Shown here: in pieces, positions 25,946 to 35,269 of the stretch
Layout of the letters: the number at the start of each line of letters is the position of its first letter
How positions within the stretch are numbered: the stretch's first letter is position 1
Origin: an uncultured Acutalibacter sp.
GTDB taxonomy: Bacteria; Bacillota; Clostridia; Oscillospirales; Acutalibacteraceae
Direction of reading: 5' to 3'
Length of the DNA stretch: 64,000 nt
Assembly: GCA_964602365.1 (NCBI GenBank)
Contig: CAZRQD010000001.1
Span: 7,944 to 71,943, forward strand
Position numbers and translations under genes: made by a program
The notes under the pieces: model-generated
What the model saw: only the letters and a program-made list of their open reading frames with translations
Database searches by the model: none
Told to the model about the DNA's origin: nothing

Positions 25946-26989
25946 ATGGAGAAAACGCGAAACAATACCGCTGACATTCTCAGAATCATCGCGGCATACT
26001 GCGTTATCAGCCTGCACAATATGTCGGGCAGCGGGTTTTTCCTTGCGGAGAACGTCGTGGCCTTCTGCCGTTTCGCCGTTCCGCTGTTCTTTCTGATCTC
26101 CGGGTATTTCTCGGCAAGGTTTGACAGGTCCCGCCTGAAAAAGCAGGTATTACGCCTGCTGATGCTGACGCTGACCTCTAATCTGGCATATTTTGTGATA
26201 GGGCTTTTGCGCTCTTTGAGGACCACCGGCGCGGCACAATTTATGAGGGAGAAGTTTACGCGGGACGCGCTTAAAAACTTCCTGCTTTTAAACGAGACCC
26301 CGCTTGCCTCCCACCTCTGGTTCTTTTCGGCGCTGCTCTACGCCGTCCTGCTGGATTACCTGATCTTTAGCCGCCTTATAAACTCTCGCTGGGGGAGGAG
26401 GGCTGTCACCCTCCTAGCGTGGGGCGTTTTGCTTGGCGGGTACCTCTACTACCATTTGGGGCTTACCGTCTTCGGCAAGAGCTTTAACTGGTGGGATTAC
26501 CGCAACTTCATCTTCATGGGAACCCCTCTCTACCTTTTGGGGAAGCTCTTTCGCGGGTCCCGGCTCAGCGGGTACAGGCCGCATTTTCTCTGGCTTATCG
26601 GGCTGTTTCTTCTTTTCAGTGTGACAGCGCAGGCGGAGTTTAAGTTCTTCGGCGTGCGGGAGGTATACCTCTCCTCCTATCTAGCTGCGTGGTCCCTGCT
26701 GATGCTTGCGAATTCCTGGCCTTTAGAGAGGGCGGGGAGGGTTTCCGGGTTTATTGCGGGCCTTGGTAGGAAATACTCCCTCTATGTCTTTACCGTACAT
26801 GTATTTTTCCTGGACGAGGTGAGGGAAGTATTTTACCGATTTGTCCCGTGGCGGGCACAGAAATGGGCAGGCTGGTTTATCCCGCCCGCGGTTTTCCTTT
26901 TAAGCCTGCTGGCAGCCTTTATCTACCGGCTCTGCAAGGAGAGGATCTCGGCGCATATCTCTAAAAATAAGGCGCGGGGTTCTGTATAA
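25946..26989 (+). CDS. Acyltransferase family 3 (multi-TM O-acyltransferase)
   Basis: DILRIIAAYCVISLH, RFAVPLFFLISGYF, HLWFF, SLYVFTVH. Confidence 0.88.
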   Translation: MEKTRNNTADILRIIAAYCVISLHNMSGSGFFLAENVVAFCRFAVPLFFLISGYFSARFDRSRLKKQVLRLLMLTLTSNLAYFVIGLLRSLRTTGAAQFMREKFTRDALKNFLLLNETPLASHLWFFSALLYAVLLDYLIFSRLINSRWGRRAVTLLAWGVLLGGYLYYHLGLTVFGKSFNWWDYRNFIFMGTPLYLLGKLFRGSRLSGYRPHFLWLIGLFLLFSVTAQAEFKFFGVREVYLSSYLAAWSLLMLANSWPLERAGRVSGFIAGLGRKYSLYVFTVHVFFLDEVREVFYRFVPWRAQKWAGWFIPPAVFLLSLLAAFIYRLCKERISAHISKNKARGSV

Positions 26990-27013
26990 ACCTAAAGAAA
27001 GAGGGAGAAGACT

Positions 27014-27607
27014 TTGAAAAGAGTTCTGCTTTTGGGAGACTCCATCCGCATGGGGTATGACGATTACGTGAAAGAGGAGCTATCAGGCGAGTGCGAGGTT
27101 ATCTATGACCCTGATGACAACGGCCGCTTCTCCTCCTATACTCTCTGGCAGCTAAACCAGATGTTTAGGCATTTCGGGAAGTTTGACCTTGTCCACTGGA
27201 ACAATGGCTACTGGGACATGAATATAGAGTCCCCGATGCTGGAGCCCATGCACCCCACCCCCGAATATCTTCATTTTATGAGGAGGATAATCGCTGAAAT
27301 CCGCAAAAACGGGGCAAAACCGGTATTTGCGACCACCACGCCTATCCTCTCCCCCGGCGCCGCCGCTGACATTACCGGAACGGGGGCACTCTCCATAAGC
27401 TATGATAACGACTGGGTCCTAAACTATAACGAGGCCGCAAAGGCCCTCTGCCGCGCGGAAAACGTCCCGGTCAACGACCTCTATGCGCTCTGTGCGAAGG
27501 ATTCCCATGCCTATAAATGCGAGGACCTCTTGCACCTGACAGAGGAGGGCTACCGCGTCTGCGCTAAGCAGATAGCCGGCTTTATAAGAGCAGAGCTCTC
27601 CATCTGA
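27014..27607 (+). CDS. SGNH/GDSL hydrolase (no signal peptide)
   Basis: LLGDSI block I, HWNNG.WD block III, DLLH (DxxH) block V; TTG start. Confidence 0.88.
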   Translation: MKRVLLLGDSIRMGYDDYVKEELSGECEVIYDPDDNGRFSSYTLWQLNQMFRHFGKFDLVHWNNGYWDMNIESPMLEPMHPTPEYLHFMRRIIAEIRKNGAKPVFATTTPILSPGAAADITGTGALSISYDNDWVLNYNEAAKALCRAENVPVNDLYALCAKDSHAYKCEDLLHLTEEGYRVCAKQIAGFIRAELSI

Positions 27608-27650
27608 TTCGCTTTAACGCTTATATACATTATAGAAAGAAGGAGATTTT

Positions 27651-27917
27651 ATGTCGCCAAAAGTTGTGGAACTGCATGATGTGGATGTCCCGGAGTTCCT
27701 GCAGGTACTTCAAAGCTGCGAGGGCCAGGTATACCTCATGACGAGGGACGGGGACAGGATAAACCTTAAGAGCAAATTAAGCCAGATAGTCGGCCTGACC
27801 AACCTTATAGAGGGCGGGAAGATAGCCGAGGCCTTTGTGATGTGCGAGAAACCCGAGGACGAGTCCAAACTCTTCCGCTTCAACCTCTTTAAGGGTTCAG
27901 AGGAAGATGAGGGGTAG
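27651..27917 (+). CDS. Small hypothetical protein with HPr-like features
   Basis: CEGQVYL...INLKSKLSQIVGL resembles the HPr-fold vnaKSi.g segment; no His15-type motif; RBS AAGGAG. Confidence 0.7.
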   Translation: MSPKVVELHDVDVPEFLQVLQSCEGQVYLMTRDGDRINLKSKLSQIVGLTNLIEGGKIAEAFVMCEKPEDESKLFRFNLFKGSEEDEG

Positions 27918-28899
27918 GCGCAGTAACCGGGGCCAAAAACGGCCGCTTTTGAGAAGTCCGCTTTTATATCTAATCCTGACCATAGCCGTAGCGGCCGTAG
28001 TGATCCTGCCCACGGCGGAGAGGAGCGGAATCTTTGGGGATTCGCCCCGGCAGGAACCGGAAGGACAGGGCTCTTCCCCGATAGAGGGAACGGCTGCGAA
28101 GGTATATTTCCTGGATGTAGGACAGGGGGACAGCGAGCTTATAGAGCTGCCGGCAGATAATGGGATCTATACCATTTTGATAGATACGGGCGAGAGCGAA
28201 TACGGCGACGGCCTCTGCGAGACGCTTGAGGATTTGGGGGTCAGCAGGATAGACGCCCTCATAATGAGCCATCCGCATTCTGACCATATGGGCTGCATGT
28301 GGCAGGTCATGGAGAATTTCCCGATAGGCTGCCTCTATATGCCGGTGGTGGCGGAGGAGCGCACCCCCACGACCAGGGCGTATGAGCGGGTGCTTGACAC
28401 GGCGCTGGAGCGGGATATACCGTTTTCCTCCCTAGAAAGGGGGAGCCGGATAGATCCCCCCGGGGAGGCGGAGCTTGAGGTCTATTCGCCGGAGGAGGAC
28501 GCAGACTGGGATGACCTGAACAACTACTCCGCCGTGATCAGGCTGAGTTTTGGGGATGTATCCTTCCTGTTCACCGGTGACGCGGAGGAGGAGAGCGAGG
28601 AGATCATCCTCTCCACCGGCGCTGATATCTCAGCCGATGTCTTAAAATGCGGCCACCACGGGTCCTCCACCTCGACCTCTGAGGAATTTCTCGCCGCGGT
28701 GGACCCGACCTATGCCGTGATCTCCTGCGGGGAGGGAAACTCATACGGGCATCCCCACCGCGAGACGCTTGAAATCTTAGACAGATACGGCGTGGAGACC
28801 TATCGCACCGACCTTGACGGGACGGTGCTTTTTGAGACAGACGGCGAGGAGATCGAGATAACCAAAAACCTCCCATCCGTATTGGCGGGGGAGAACTGA
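27907..28899 (+). CDS. ComEC/Rec2-like metallo-beta-lactamase-fold hydrolase with N-terminal TM
   Basis: FLDVGQGDS, SHPHSDHMG, NNYSAV, FTGDAE, KCGHHGSSTS, YGHPH, RTDLDGTV. Confidence 0.88.
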   Translation: MRGRRSNRGQKRPLLRSPLLYLILTIAVAAVVILPTAERSGIFGDSPRQEPEGQGSSPIEGTAAKVYFLDVGQGDSELIELPADNGIYTILIDTGESEYGDGLCETLEDLGVSRIDALIMSHPHSDHMGCMWQVMENFPIGCLYMPVVAEERTPTTRAYERVLDTALERDIPFSSLERGSRIDPPGEAELEVYSPEEDADWDDLNNYSAVIRLSFGDVSFLFTGDAEEESEEIILSTGADISADVLKCGHHGSSTSTSEEFLAAVDPTYAVISCGEGNSYGHPHRETLEILDRYGVETYRTDLDGTVLFETDGEEIEITKNLPSVLAGEN

Positions 28900-28921
28900 G
28901 AGAATGGAGAGGGGAAGAGAG

Positions 28922-29581
28922 ATGCTCTCTGAAAAAAAGAGGGAATTTATAGAATTTATGATATCCTCTGACGTCTTGCGCTTTGGAAGATTTATCACGA
29001 AGAGCGGGCGGGAGACCCCGTATTTTATAAACACCGGAAATTACAGAAGCGGCTCTCAGCTGGCGAGGCTTGGCGGGTACTACGCCAAGCTGGTCTATGA
29101 GAGCGTTGGCGGGGAGTTCGAGGCGATGTTCGGCCCGGCATACAAGGGTATTCCGCTGGTATCGGCCTGCGCCGTCTCTCTATATCTGGGTTATGGCCTG
29201 GACAAGCCGTATTTCTACAACCGCAAGGAGGTCAAGGACCACGGAGAGGGCGGAGGAGTTGTCGGCTGCAAGGTCTGGGACGGCGACAGGGTCATAATAA
29301 TCGAGGATGTGATAACCGCCGGCACCGCGGTGAGAGAGGTCATGCCGATCCTAAAGTCCTGCGCGAATGTCAGGGTAGAGCATATGTTCGTGAGCGTGGA
29401 CCGCTGCGAGGTTGGTCTTACGCCCGGAAAGTCCGCACTAAAAGAGGTTGAGGAGGAGTTTGGACTGGAGGTCCACCCCATAGTGACCGTGCGGGACATA
29501 TACGACTATCTAAAAGGCGAGCAGGCCGACGCAGACCTTCTGCGAGATATGCGGGAGTATATGGACAGATACTGCGTCTAA
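28922..29581 (+). CDS. pyrE: Orotate phosphoribosyltransferase
   Basis: FITKSGRETPYFINTG, FGPAYKGIP, NRKEVKDHGEGG, IIEDVITAGTA; ATG 28904 is an alternative start. Confidence 0.93.
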   Translation: MLSEKKREFIEFMISSDVLRFGRFITKSGRETPYFINTGNYRSGSQLARLGGYYAKLVYESVGGEFEAMFGPAYKGIPLVSACAVSLYLGYGLDKPYFYNRKEVKDHGEGGGVVGCKVWDGDRVIIIEDVITAGTAVREVMPILKSCANVRVEHMFVSVDRCEVGLTPGKSALKEVEEEFGLEVHPIVTVRDIYDYLKGEQADADLLRDMREYMDRYCV

Positions 29582-29693
29582 AGGGGCAAGTCGTAAATCT
29601 CACATCTTACCCGGAAACGAAAAAGCGCGAAAAATAAAACTTGCGCCGGGGCTAAAATCATGCTAAACTATATGTGATTTTGCGCCGGGAGAG

Positions 29694-31088
29694 ATGATGA
29701 TGCAGTTTATAAACCCCCAAAAAATTTGCAAGGGTATGGAGATTGGGGACCTCCCCTCTAATAGGGAGATAGTGAAGGACGCCATCCGCGTGGCATGGCC
29801 CTCTGTGCTGGAGTCCTTCTTTGTCTGTCTGGCGGGGCTGGTGGATACCATCATGGTGGGGACGCTCGGCTCCTATGCCATCGCAGCGGTAGGCCTGACA
29901 ACCCAGCCGAAATTTTTGGGCTTGGCGGTTTTCCTGTCCCTAAACGTCGCTGTCTCGGCGATAGTGGCTAGGAGAAAGGGAGAGGGCGACAGGGAGAGCG
30001 CCAACAGAGTGGTGAGAATGGCACTGCTGGTGACCCTGCTGCTTGCTGCCGTAATAAGCGTGATCTTCGTGATCTTCGCCAGCCCGATAATCCGGCTTGT
30101 GGGCTCTAAGCCTGATACCCACGAGGCGGCGGTCTCCTACCTGCGCATTATAATGGGGGGTTCTGTCTTTAATGTCGTCTCTCTGGTCCTGAACGCCGCA
30201 CAGAGGGGCGCGGGCAATACCCGCATTGCCATGGTGACGAACGTGATATCCAACACGGTGAACGTCATTTTCAACTATCTCCTCATAGGCGGAAACTTTG
30301 GCTTTCCGAAGCTGGGGATTCAGGGCGCGGCGATCGCGACGGTCTTAGGGACGGTATGCGCCTGCGCGCTTAGTCTGCGCTCTGTCCTGCACAAAGACGG
30401 ATTTATCCACCTGGGCTCTGTCAAGGGGTGGATAGCCGACAAACTCAGCATACGTTCGCTGATAAACGTGGGCTCCAGCGCTTTTGTGGAGCAGATCTGC
30501 CTGAGAATCGGCTTTTTACTCTTCTCCATGACTGTAGCAAGACTCGGCACAACGGAGATGGCCGCCCACCAGATAGGCATGAACCTCATGAGTATGTCCT
30601 TCTCCATCGGCGACGGTCTTTCCGTTGCTGCGGTGACTTTGATCGGACAGAGCCTGGGGAGGAAAAGAGCGGACATGGCGAAAATCTACGGCAATGTCTG
30701 CCAAAAGATAGGTCTTCTCTGCGCCTGCGTAATCTCTACGGTCTATTTTATCTTTGGCAGGGATATCTACACGCTGTTTTCGCGGGAACAGGCGATTCTC
30801 GATTACGGGGCCGTAATCATGCGGATTTTAAGCGTAATGCTCTTCCTGCAGATAGAGCAGGTGGTGCTCTTCGGCTGCCTGCGCGGCGCGGGCGATACCC
30901 GCTTCACCGCCTTTGTCTCACTTCTCAGCGTCACGATAATCCGACCCGGCGTAAGCTGGCTTCTCTGCTACCCGGCCGGCCTTGGGCTTGTGGGGGCATG
31001 GCTTGGGGTGTTCTGCGACCAGCTCCTCCGCTTTGTGATGACCTTCCTGCGATTTAGAAAGGGAAATTGGACCAAACTCAAACTCTAA
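29694..31088 (+). CDS. MATE family efflux transporter
   Basis: Two MATE repeats, DTIMVG.LG, AIAAVGL, GAGNTR, GAAIATV, GCLRGAGDT. Confidence 0.92.
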   Translation: MMMQFINPQKICKGMEIGDLPSNREIVKDAIRVAWPSVLESFFVCLAGLVDTIMVGTLGSYAIAAVGLTTQPKFLGLAVFLSLNVAVSAIVARRKGEGDRESANRVVRMALLVTLLLAAVISVIFVIFASPIIRLVGSKPDTHEAAVSYLRIIMGGSVFNVVSLVLNAAQRGAGNTRIAMVTNVISNTVNVIFNYLLIGGNFGFPKLGIQGAAIATVLGTVCACALSLRSVLHKDGFIHLGSVKGWIADKLSIRSLINVGSSAFVEQICLRIGFLLFSMTVARLGTTEMAAHQIGMNLMSMSFSIGDGLSVAAVTLIGQSLGRKRADMAKIYGNVCQKIGLLCACVISTVYFIFGRDIYTLFSREQAILDYGAVIMRILSVMLFLQIEQVVLFGCLRGAGDTRFTAFVSLLSVTIIRPGVSWLLCYPAGLGLVGAWLGVFCDQLLRFVMTFLRFRKGNWTKLKL

Positions 31089-31187
31089 GAATCTTAACAT
31101 CCAAAAATTTGCAAAAAATAATTGTATTCCGCAAGTTGTGGTAGTATAATGTCTTGGGATTTTACTGGATAAGATGGTGTTTGCCCC

Positions 31188-32633
31188 ATGCATGATGGAT
31201 CTGTGAAAAAGGCGGTCTGTGTTTTTGTCGCAGTGGCCCTCGTTTTTGTGCCGCTCCTCTTCATAACGGGAAATATAGCCCAGGGGAGAGAGGGCGATAT
31301 TCCTCCCCCGGACCAGGGACCTCCCAGCTCCTCGACCTACCAAGAACAGAATACCGGTACCGCCCCCCAAACAAAAGGGGACCCGTTCGGATCTTCCGGG
31401 AGCCATGGGGCGTATGTCTCCCGCACGGATACCTTTGCCCCCGATGAGAGCCTGACCAGGGGCGAGACCGCGCTGATAATCTACAACCTTCTAAACGACA
31501 AGACGGCGAACTCTGCCATCTCCTTTTATGACGTATCCCAAGGTGACTGGTATTATGACGCCGTGAGAACTCTCGTCTCGGCGGGGGCTGTGTCGGGATA
31601 CCCCGACGGCGGATTCCACCCGGGGAACTACGTGACGAGAGCTGAGTTTGTGAGTATCGTCTCCAGATTTTTTGATATACCCTCCGGCGTGTGGTCGGGC
31701 TTCCCCGACGTGGATAACGGCCACTGGGCGAGGGATGCGATCGCATACGCCAAAACGCAAAACTGGGTCAGCGGATACCCGAACGGGAACTTCGGTCCAA
31801 ACGACCTGGTCACACGCGCTGAGGCCGTGGCGATCCTAAACAGGGTTGCGAACCGCAGACCTGACAGGGCATATATCGACGCGCAGGGAAAACCCATGAG
31901 GTTCGTGGACGTTCCCCCAACAAACTGGGCGTATTATGATATAATGGAGGCGACAGTCGGGCACTCTGCCGCGGGCAGCGGGGACGGAGAGAGCTGGACG
32001 CAGAGCCCGCTTGGAACTTCACCGCAAACCTCCGGCGACTACAGGATCATCGACGGGGAGCTGTACAAGACTGACGGGAATGGGAACTTCCTCACGAATG
32101 TTCAGGACGGTTTCCTCTATTTTGGCGCGGACGGACGGTATACCACCGGAGACGCGGTTCTGGACGGAAAGCTCTCCCAAATTGTGAGATACTGCGCCGT
32201 AAACGGGGAGGGCAGGGACCAGACCTTCAGAAACCTCTACAGATATGTCTGTGCGAACTACCATTATATAGGGAGGGGTCTTCTTACCGAGGGCACGACC
32301 GGGTTCGAAAACGGTATGGCCCTGCAGATGATAGACACCGGCGGCGGGAACTGCTATAATTTTGCTGCGCTTACCGCGCTCCTTGCGAGAAAGGCGGGGT
32401 ACCAGGCGAAAGCCGTTGCTGGAACCGTACTCCTGCCGTGGAACACCGGCTATATCTCCCACGCGTGGACCGAAGTGACGATAGACGGGGTCACGTATAT
32501 CTGCGATTCCCAGCAGGAAAATAACGCCCCGAACCGAGGCTATAGCTGGGACATCTTCCTAAAGCGGTATGACGAGATCCCGCCTGATAGCGTGATGCCG
32601 CATTATATGCTGTTTGGGCAAAAGCTGAACTGA
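31188..32633 (+). CDS. SLH-domain protein with C-terminal transglutaminase-like domain (paralog 1)
   Basis: Signal/TM; SLH repeats (GYPDGGFHPGNYVTRAEF, GYPNGNFGPNDLVTRAEA); GNCYNFA, HAWTEV, ICDSQ triad. Confidence 0.88.
   Translation: MHDGSVKKAVCVFVAVALVFVPLLFITGNIAQGREGDIPPPDQGPPSSSTYQEQNTGTAPQTKGDPFGSSGSHGAYVSRTDTFAPDESLTRGETALIIYNLLNDKTANSAISFYDVSQGDWYYDAVRTLVSAGAVSGYPDGGFHPGNYVTRAEFVSIVSRFFDIPSGVWSGFPDVDNGHWARDAIAYAKTQNWVSGYPNGNFGPNDLVTRAEAVAILNRVANRRPDRAYIDAQGKPMRFVDVPPTNWAYYDIMEATVGHSAAGSGDGESWTQSPLGTSPQTSGDYRIIDGELYKTDGNGNFLTNVQDGFLYFGADGRYTTGDAVLDGKLSQIVRYCAVNGEGRDQTFRNLYRYVCANYHYIGRGLLTEGTTGFENGMALQMIDTGGGNCYNFAALTALLARKAGYQAKAVAGTVLLPWNTGYISHAWTEVTIDGVTYICDSQQENNAPNRGYSWDIFLKRYDEIPPDSVMPHYMLFGQKLN
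31735..31746. repeat. HIP1-like palindrome ATGCGATCGCAT, copy 6
   Basis: Exact 12-mer in an SLH repeat (R-D-A-I-A-Y). Confidence 0.85.
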
Positions 32634-32664
32634 TATAAACAATTTAGAAAGGAAGTCCGCTCCT

Positions 32665-34107
32665 TTGAAAAAGACGATTTCACTCCTGCTGGTTCTGTGT
32701 CTGCTTCTTCTGTTCTCTGTTCCTGCGTTCGCAACCGTACTGCCCCCGGACTATTTGGGAGCTACCACCTATACCCACTACCCCTACGTCTCCCGCGGGG
32801 ATACCTTTGGCCCCGACGAGAGTTTGACCAGGGCAGAGACCGCAAACATGATCTATGTTCTCATGGCGCCGTCTACCCCAAACGGATATACGGTCTCCTT
32901 CTCGGATGTCAACCCCGGGGACTGGTATTATGACAGCGTCATGGCGCTTGCGGCCGCGGGCGCGGTCTCCGGTTATCCCGACGGCAGGTTCGGCCCGGGG
33001 GATTACGTGACGAGGGCCCAGTTTGTGAAAATCATATCCAGCTTTTTTGATATACCCCGCGGGGTTAGCTCTGGTTTCCCGGATGTTGGGGACAGCCACT
33101 GGGCAAGGGATGCGATCGCATACGCGAGGTCGTACGGCTGGATAAGCGGATATCCGAACGGAAACTTCGGTCCAAACGACCTGGTCACACGTGCTGAGGC
33201 TGTCACGATTCTCAACAAGGTCTCCGGCAGGAAGGTGGACAGGGCGTATATAGACTCTCTTGGAGGGTATGCAAAATTTTCTGACGTTCCGCAAAGCCAC
33301 TGGGCGTATTACGAGATAATGGAGGCGACGGTGGAGCACAGCTTCACCTCAGGCGGGGACGGCGAGAGCTGGAAGAGCAGTTCTCTGCCCGCGCAGCAGG
33401 CGGCGCCCACACCGACGCCGGCGCCGACAGCTACCCCTGCGCCGAGTAATGAGATCATCCCGCCACCGGATCAGTTTTTCGGGCCGACTCAGCAGGTCGC
33501 TGCGGGCTACCGGATAATTGACGGGGACCTCTATAAAGTTGACAGCTACGGCAATTACTATAAAAATTATCAGGACGGGGTCCTCTATTTTGGCGCCGAC
33601 GGGCGCTATACCAGCGGAGACGCCGAACTTGACGCGATTCTCAAGAATATAGTGGTCTCGCTGTACTCCGCCGCGGACAGCATGGAGACCAACCTGAAAC
33701 GGCTCTATGACCATGTATGCTGGAATTACTCCTATCTCGCAAGGATGCCGTACCCCGCGGACGGCTCCACCGGGTGGGACCTTCAGTGGGCGAAGCAGAT
33801 GGTGCAGACGGGCAAGGGGAACTGCTACTCCTACGCGGCGCTCTTCTCCATGCTGGCGAGAAGGCTGGGATACCAGGCGTGGGCGGTCTCAGGGTTTATA
33901 AATGTCAGTACTGTCAGGACCTTCGAATACCACGGCTGGGTGGAGATCAGCCAAAACGGAAAGATCTATGTCTGCGACCCGGAAATACAGGCGTATTATT
34001 CTGTGAGGGTCGGAAGAAATTGGAGCCTGTTCATGTTTGAGTATATGAGAAATTCCTTCCCGGATTACTACCCCGAATATATGGTAGCCGGACAGGTCAA
34101 GCCTTAA
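32665..34107 (+). CDS. SLH-domain protein with C-terminal transglutaminase-like domain (paralog 2)
   Basis: Signal peptide, SLH repeats, PT-rich linker, GNCYSYA, HGWVEI, VCDPE triad; TTG start. Confidence 0.88.
   Translation: MKKTISLLLVLCLLLLFSVPAFATVLPPDYLGATTYTHYPYVSRGDTFGPDESLTRAETANMIYVLMAPSTPNGYTVSFSDVNPGDWYYDSVMALAAAGAVSGYPDGRFGPGDYVTRAQFVKIISSFFDIPRGVSSGFPDVGDSHWARDAIAYARSYGWISGYPNGNFGPNDLVTRAEAVTILNKVSGRKVDRAYIDSLGGYAKFSDVPQSHWAYYEIMEATVEHSFTSGGDGESWKSSSLPAQQAAPTPTPAPTATPAPSNEIIPPPDQFFGPTQQVAAGYRIIDGDLYKVDSYGNYYKNYQDGVLYFGADGRYTSGDAELDAILKNIVVSLYSAADSMETNLKRLYDHVCWNYSYLARMPYPADGSTGWDLQWAKQMVQTGKGNCYSYAALFSMLARRLGYQAWAVSGFINVSTVRTFEYHGWVEISQNGKIYVCDPEIQAYYSVRVGRNWSLFMFEYMRNSFPDYYPEYMVAGQVKP
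33110..33121. repeat. HIP1-like palindrome ATGCGATCGCAT, copy 7
   Basis: Exact 12-mer at the position paralogous to copy 6 (not independent). Confidence 0.85.
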
Positions 34108-34122
34108 AGGAGTGCTTTAAGA

Positions 34123-34662
34123 ATGAAGTCTAAAGGAAGCTTTTGGAGAGTTTTGGCCATGGCCTTGGCGGCGTTGGTTTCATTTGGTCTCTTGCTTAGC
34201 TTTGCCGGGTGCGGCGGGGGTTCCCAAGTCTCGTCCGCCGTGTCGTCCGAGCCTGAGGTGAAGTCTGCTGCCGAGCCCACCGAAGAGCCAACCGCCTCCC
34301 CCACAGAAGAACCTACCGCAACGCCCGAACCTACTGTCGAGCCGACAGCCACTCCGGAACCCACCGCCACCCCAGAGCCAACCCCTACGCCTGAACCCAC
34401 CGCAGCACCGGAGCCTACGGAACCTCCGGAGGAATTTATTGCGGACCCCGTGGCCCCGCCCGCACAGACCAACGCAAGCCCGTATGACTATGTGGGAAGC
34501 ACACTTGCGGCATTTGAGAGCGTCTTTGGAATGCCCGGCAGCTCTGAATACAACACCAGCTGCCAGGGGCCGGGTTTGGACGGCATCCTTCACTATGACG
34601 GCTTTACCGTCTATACATATCAGGATGAAGAGGGAAACGAGAGCGTCACATACGTGGAGTGA
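34123..34662 (+). CDS. Lipoprotein with (E/P/T/A)-repeat stalk and small C-terminal domain
   Basis: Lipobox FAG-C; about ten EPT(A/E)(T/E/S)P-type repeats; C-terminal YNTSCQGPGLDGILHYDGFTVYTY. Confidence 0.85.
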   Translation: MKSKGSFWRVLAMALAALVSFGLLLSFAGCGGGSQVSSAVSSEPEVKSAAEPTEEPTASPTEEPTATPEPTVEPTATPEPTATPEPTPTPEPTAAPEPTEPPEEFIADPVAPPAQTNASPYDYVGSTLAAFESVFGMPGSSEYNTSCQGPGLDGILHYDGFTVYTYQDEEGNESVTYVE

Positions 34663-34711
34663 GGATACTCAGCTTTCCCGAGAGGGTTAATCTTTAAATC
34701 TTTAAAATGAA

Positions 34712-34741
34712 AAGGCATCCGCTAAAATCAGCGGGTGCCTT
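34712..34741. terminator. Bidirectional terminator between convergent operons
   Basis: AAGGCATCCGCT-aaaatc-AGCGGGTGCCTT stem. Confidence 0.6.
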
Positions 34742-34786
34742 AAAGTTTTGGGAATGAAGCTATTTGTCAAATTCTCATGAGAGCTC

Positions 34787-35224
34787 TTAGCTCTGGGGAT
34801 CTTCCCCCGGCTTCGTTTCCCCTGAGAGGAGGTCCCTCAGCTCTTTAACGCGCTCTATGGGGAACGGCGGGTTCGCGAGGGGTTTAAGCGCTATCGACAT
34901 GAGCTTTAGCGGGTTATCGTCCGCCAAAACGCGGTTAGAGCTGAGCTTTCCGCATTTTTTGCAGCGGTGGATTATCGCCCACTCCCCGTCATTTCTCACC
35001 CAAACGGCTATCGGTTCCATTACCCCGCCGCAGTCCGAGGCCCTGTCCCCCGGCTCATTATCCAAGTGGAGACTGCACAGGCAGTTGGGGCAGTGGTTTC
35101 TGTGCGCGCTGCCCGCGCCGCCGGGGAGAACTTTCTCCCCGCAGACACGGCAGACAAAGCCCTCATCCCCCGGGTGGCGTGGCTCCTCCCGGCTCTCTTC
35201 TCTATTTCTGCGATCTCGGTACAT
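34787..35224 (-). CDS. RNHCP domain-containing protein
   Basis: FVCRVCG, HRNHCPNCLCSLHLD, GDRASDCGG.MEP, HRCKKCG. Confidence 0.92.
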   Translation of the reverse strand: MYRDRRNREESREEPRHPGDEGFVCRVCGEKVLPGGAGSAHRNHCPNCLCSLHLDNEPGDRASDCGGVMEPIAVWVRNDGEWAIIHRCKKCGKLSSNRVLADDNPLKLMSIALKPLANPPFPIERVKELRDLLSGETKPGEDPQS

Positions 35225-35269
35225 TTAACCAGAACCTCTCTCTAAAGCTGTGCTTCAATTTTTCAGAAA

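Noticed and set aside
34104-34593. Gly/Val-rich minus-strand ORFs
   Set aside because: Antisense shadows of the PT-repeat lipoprotein
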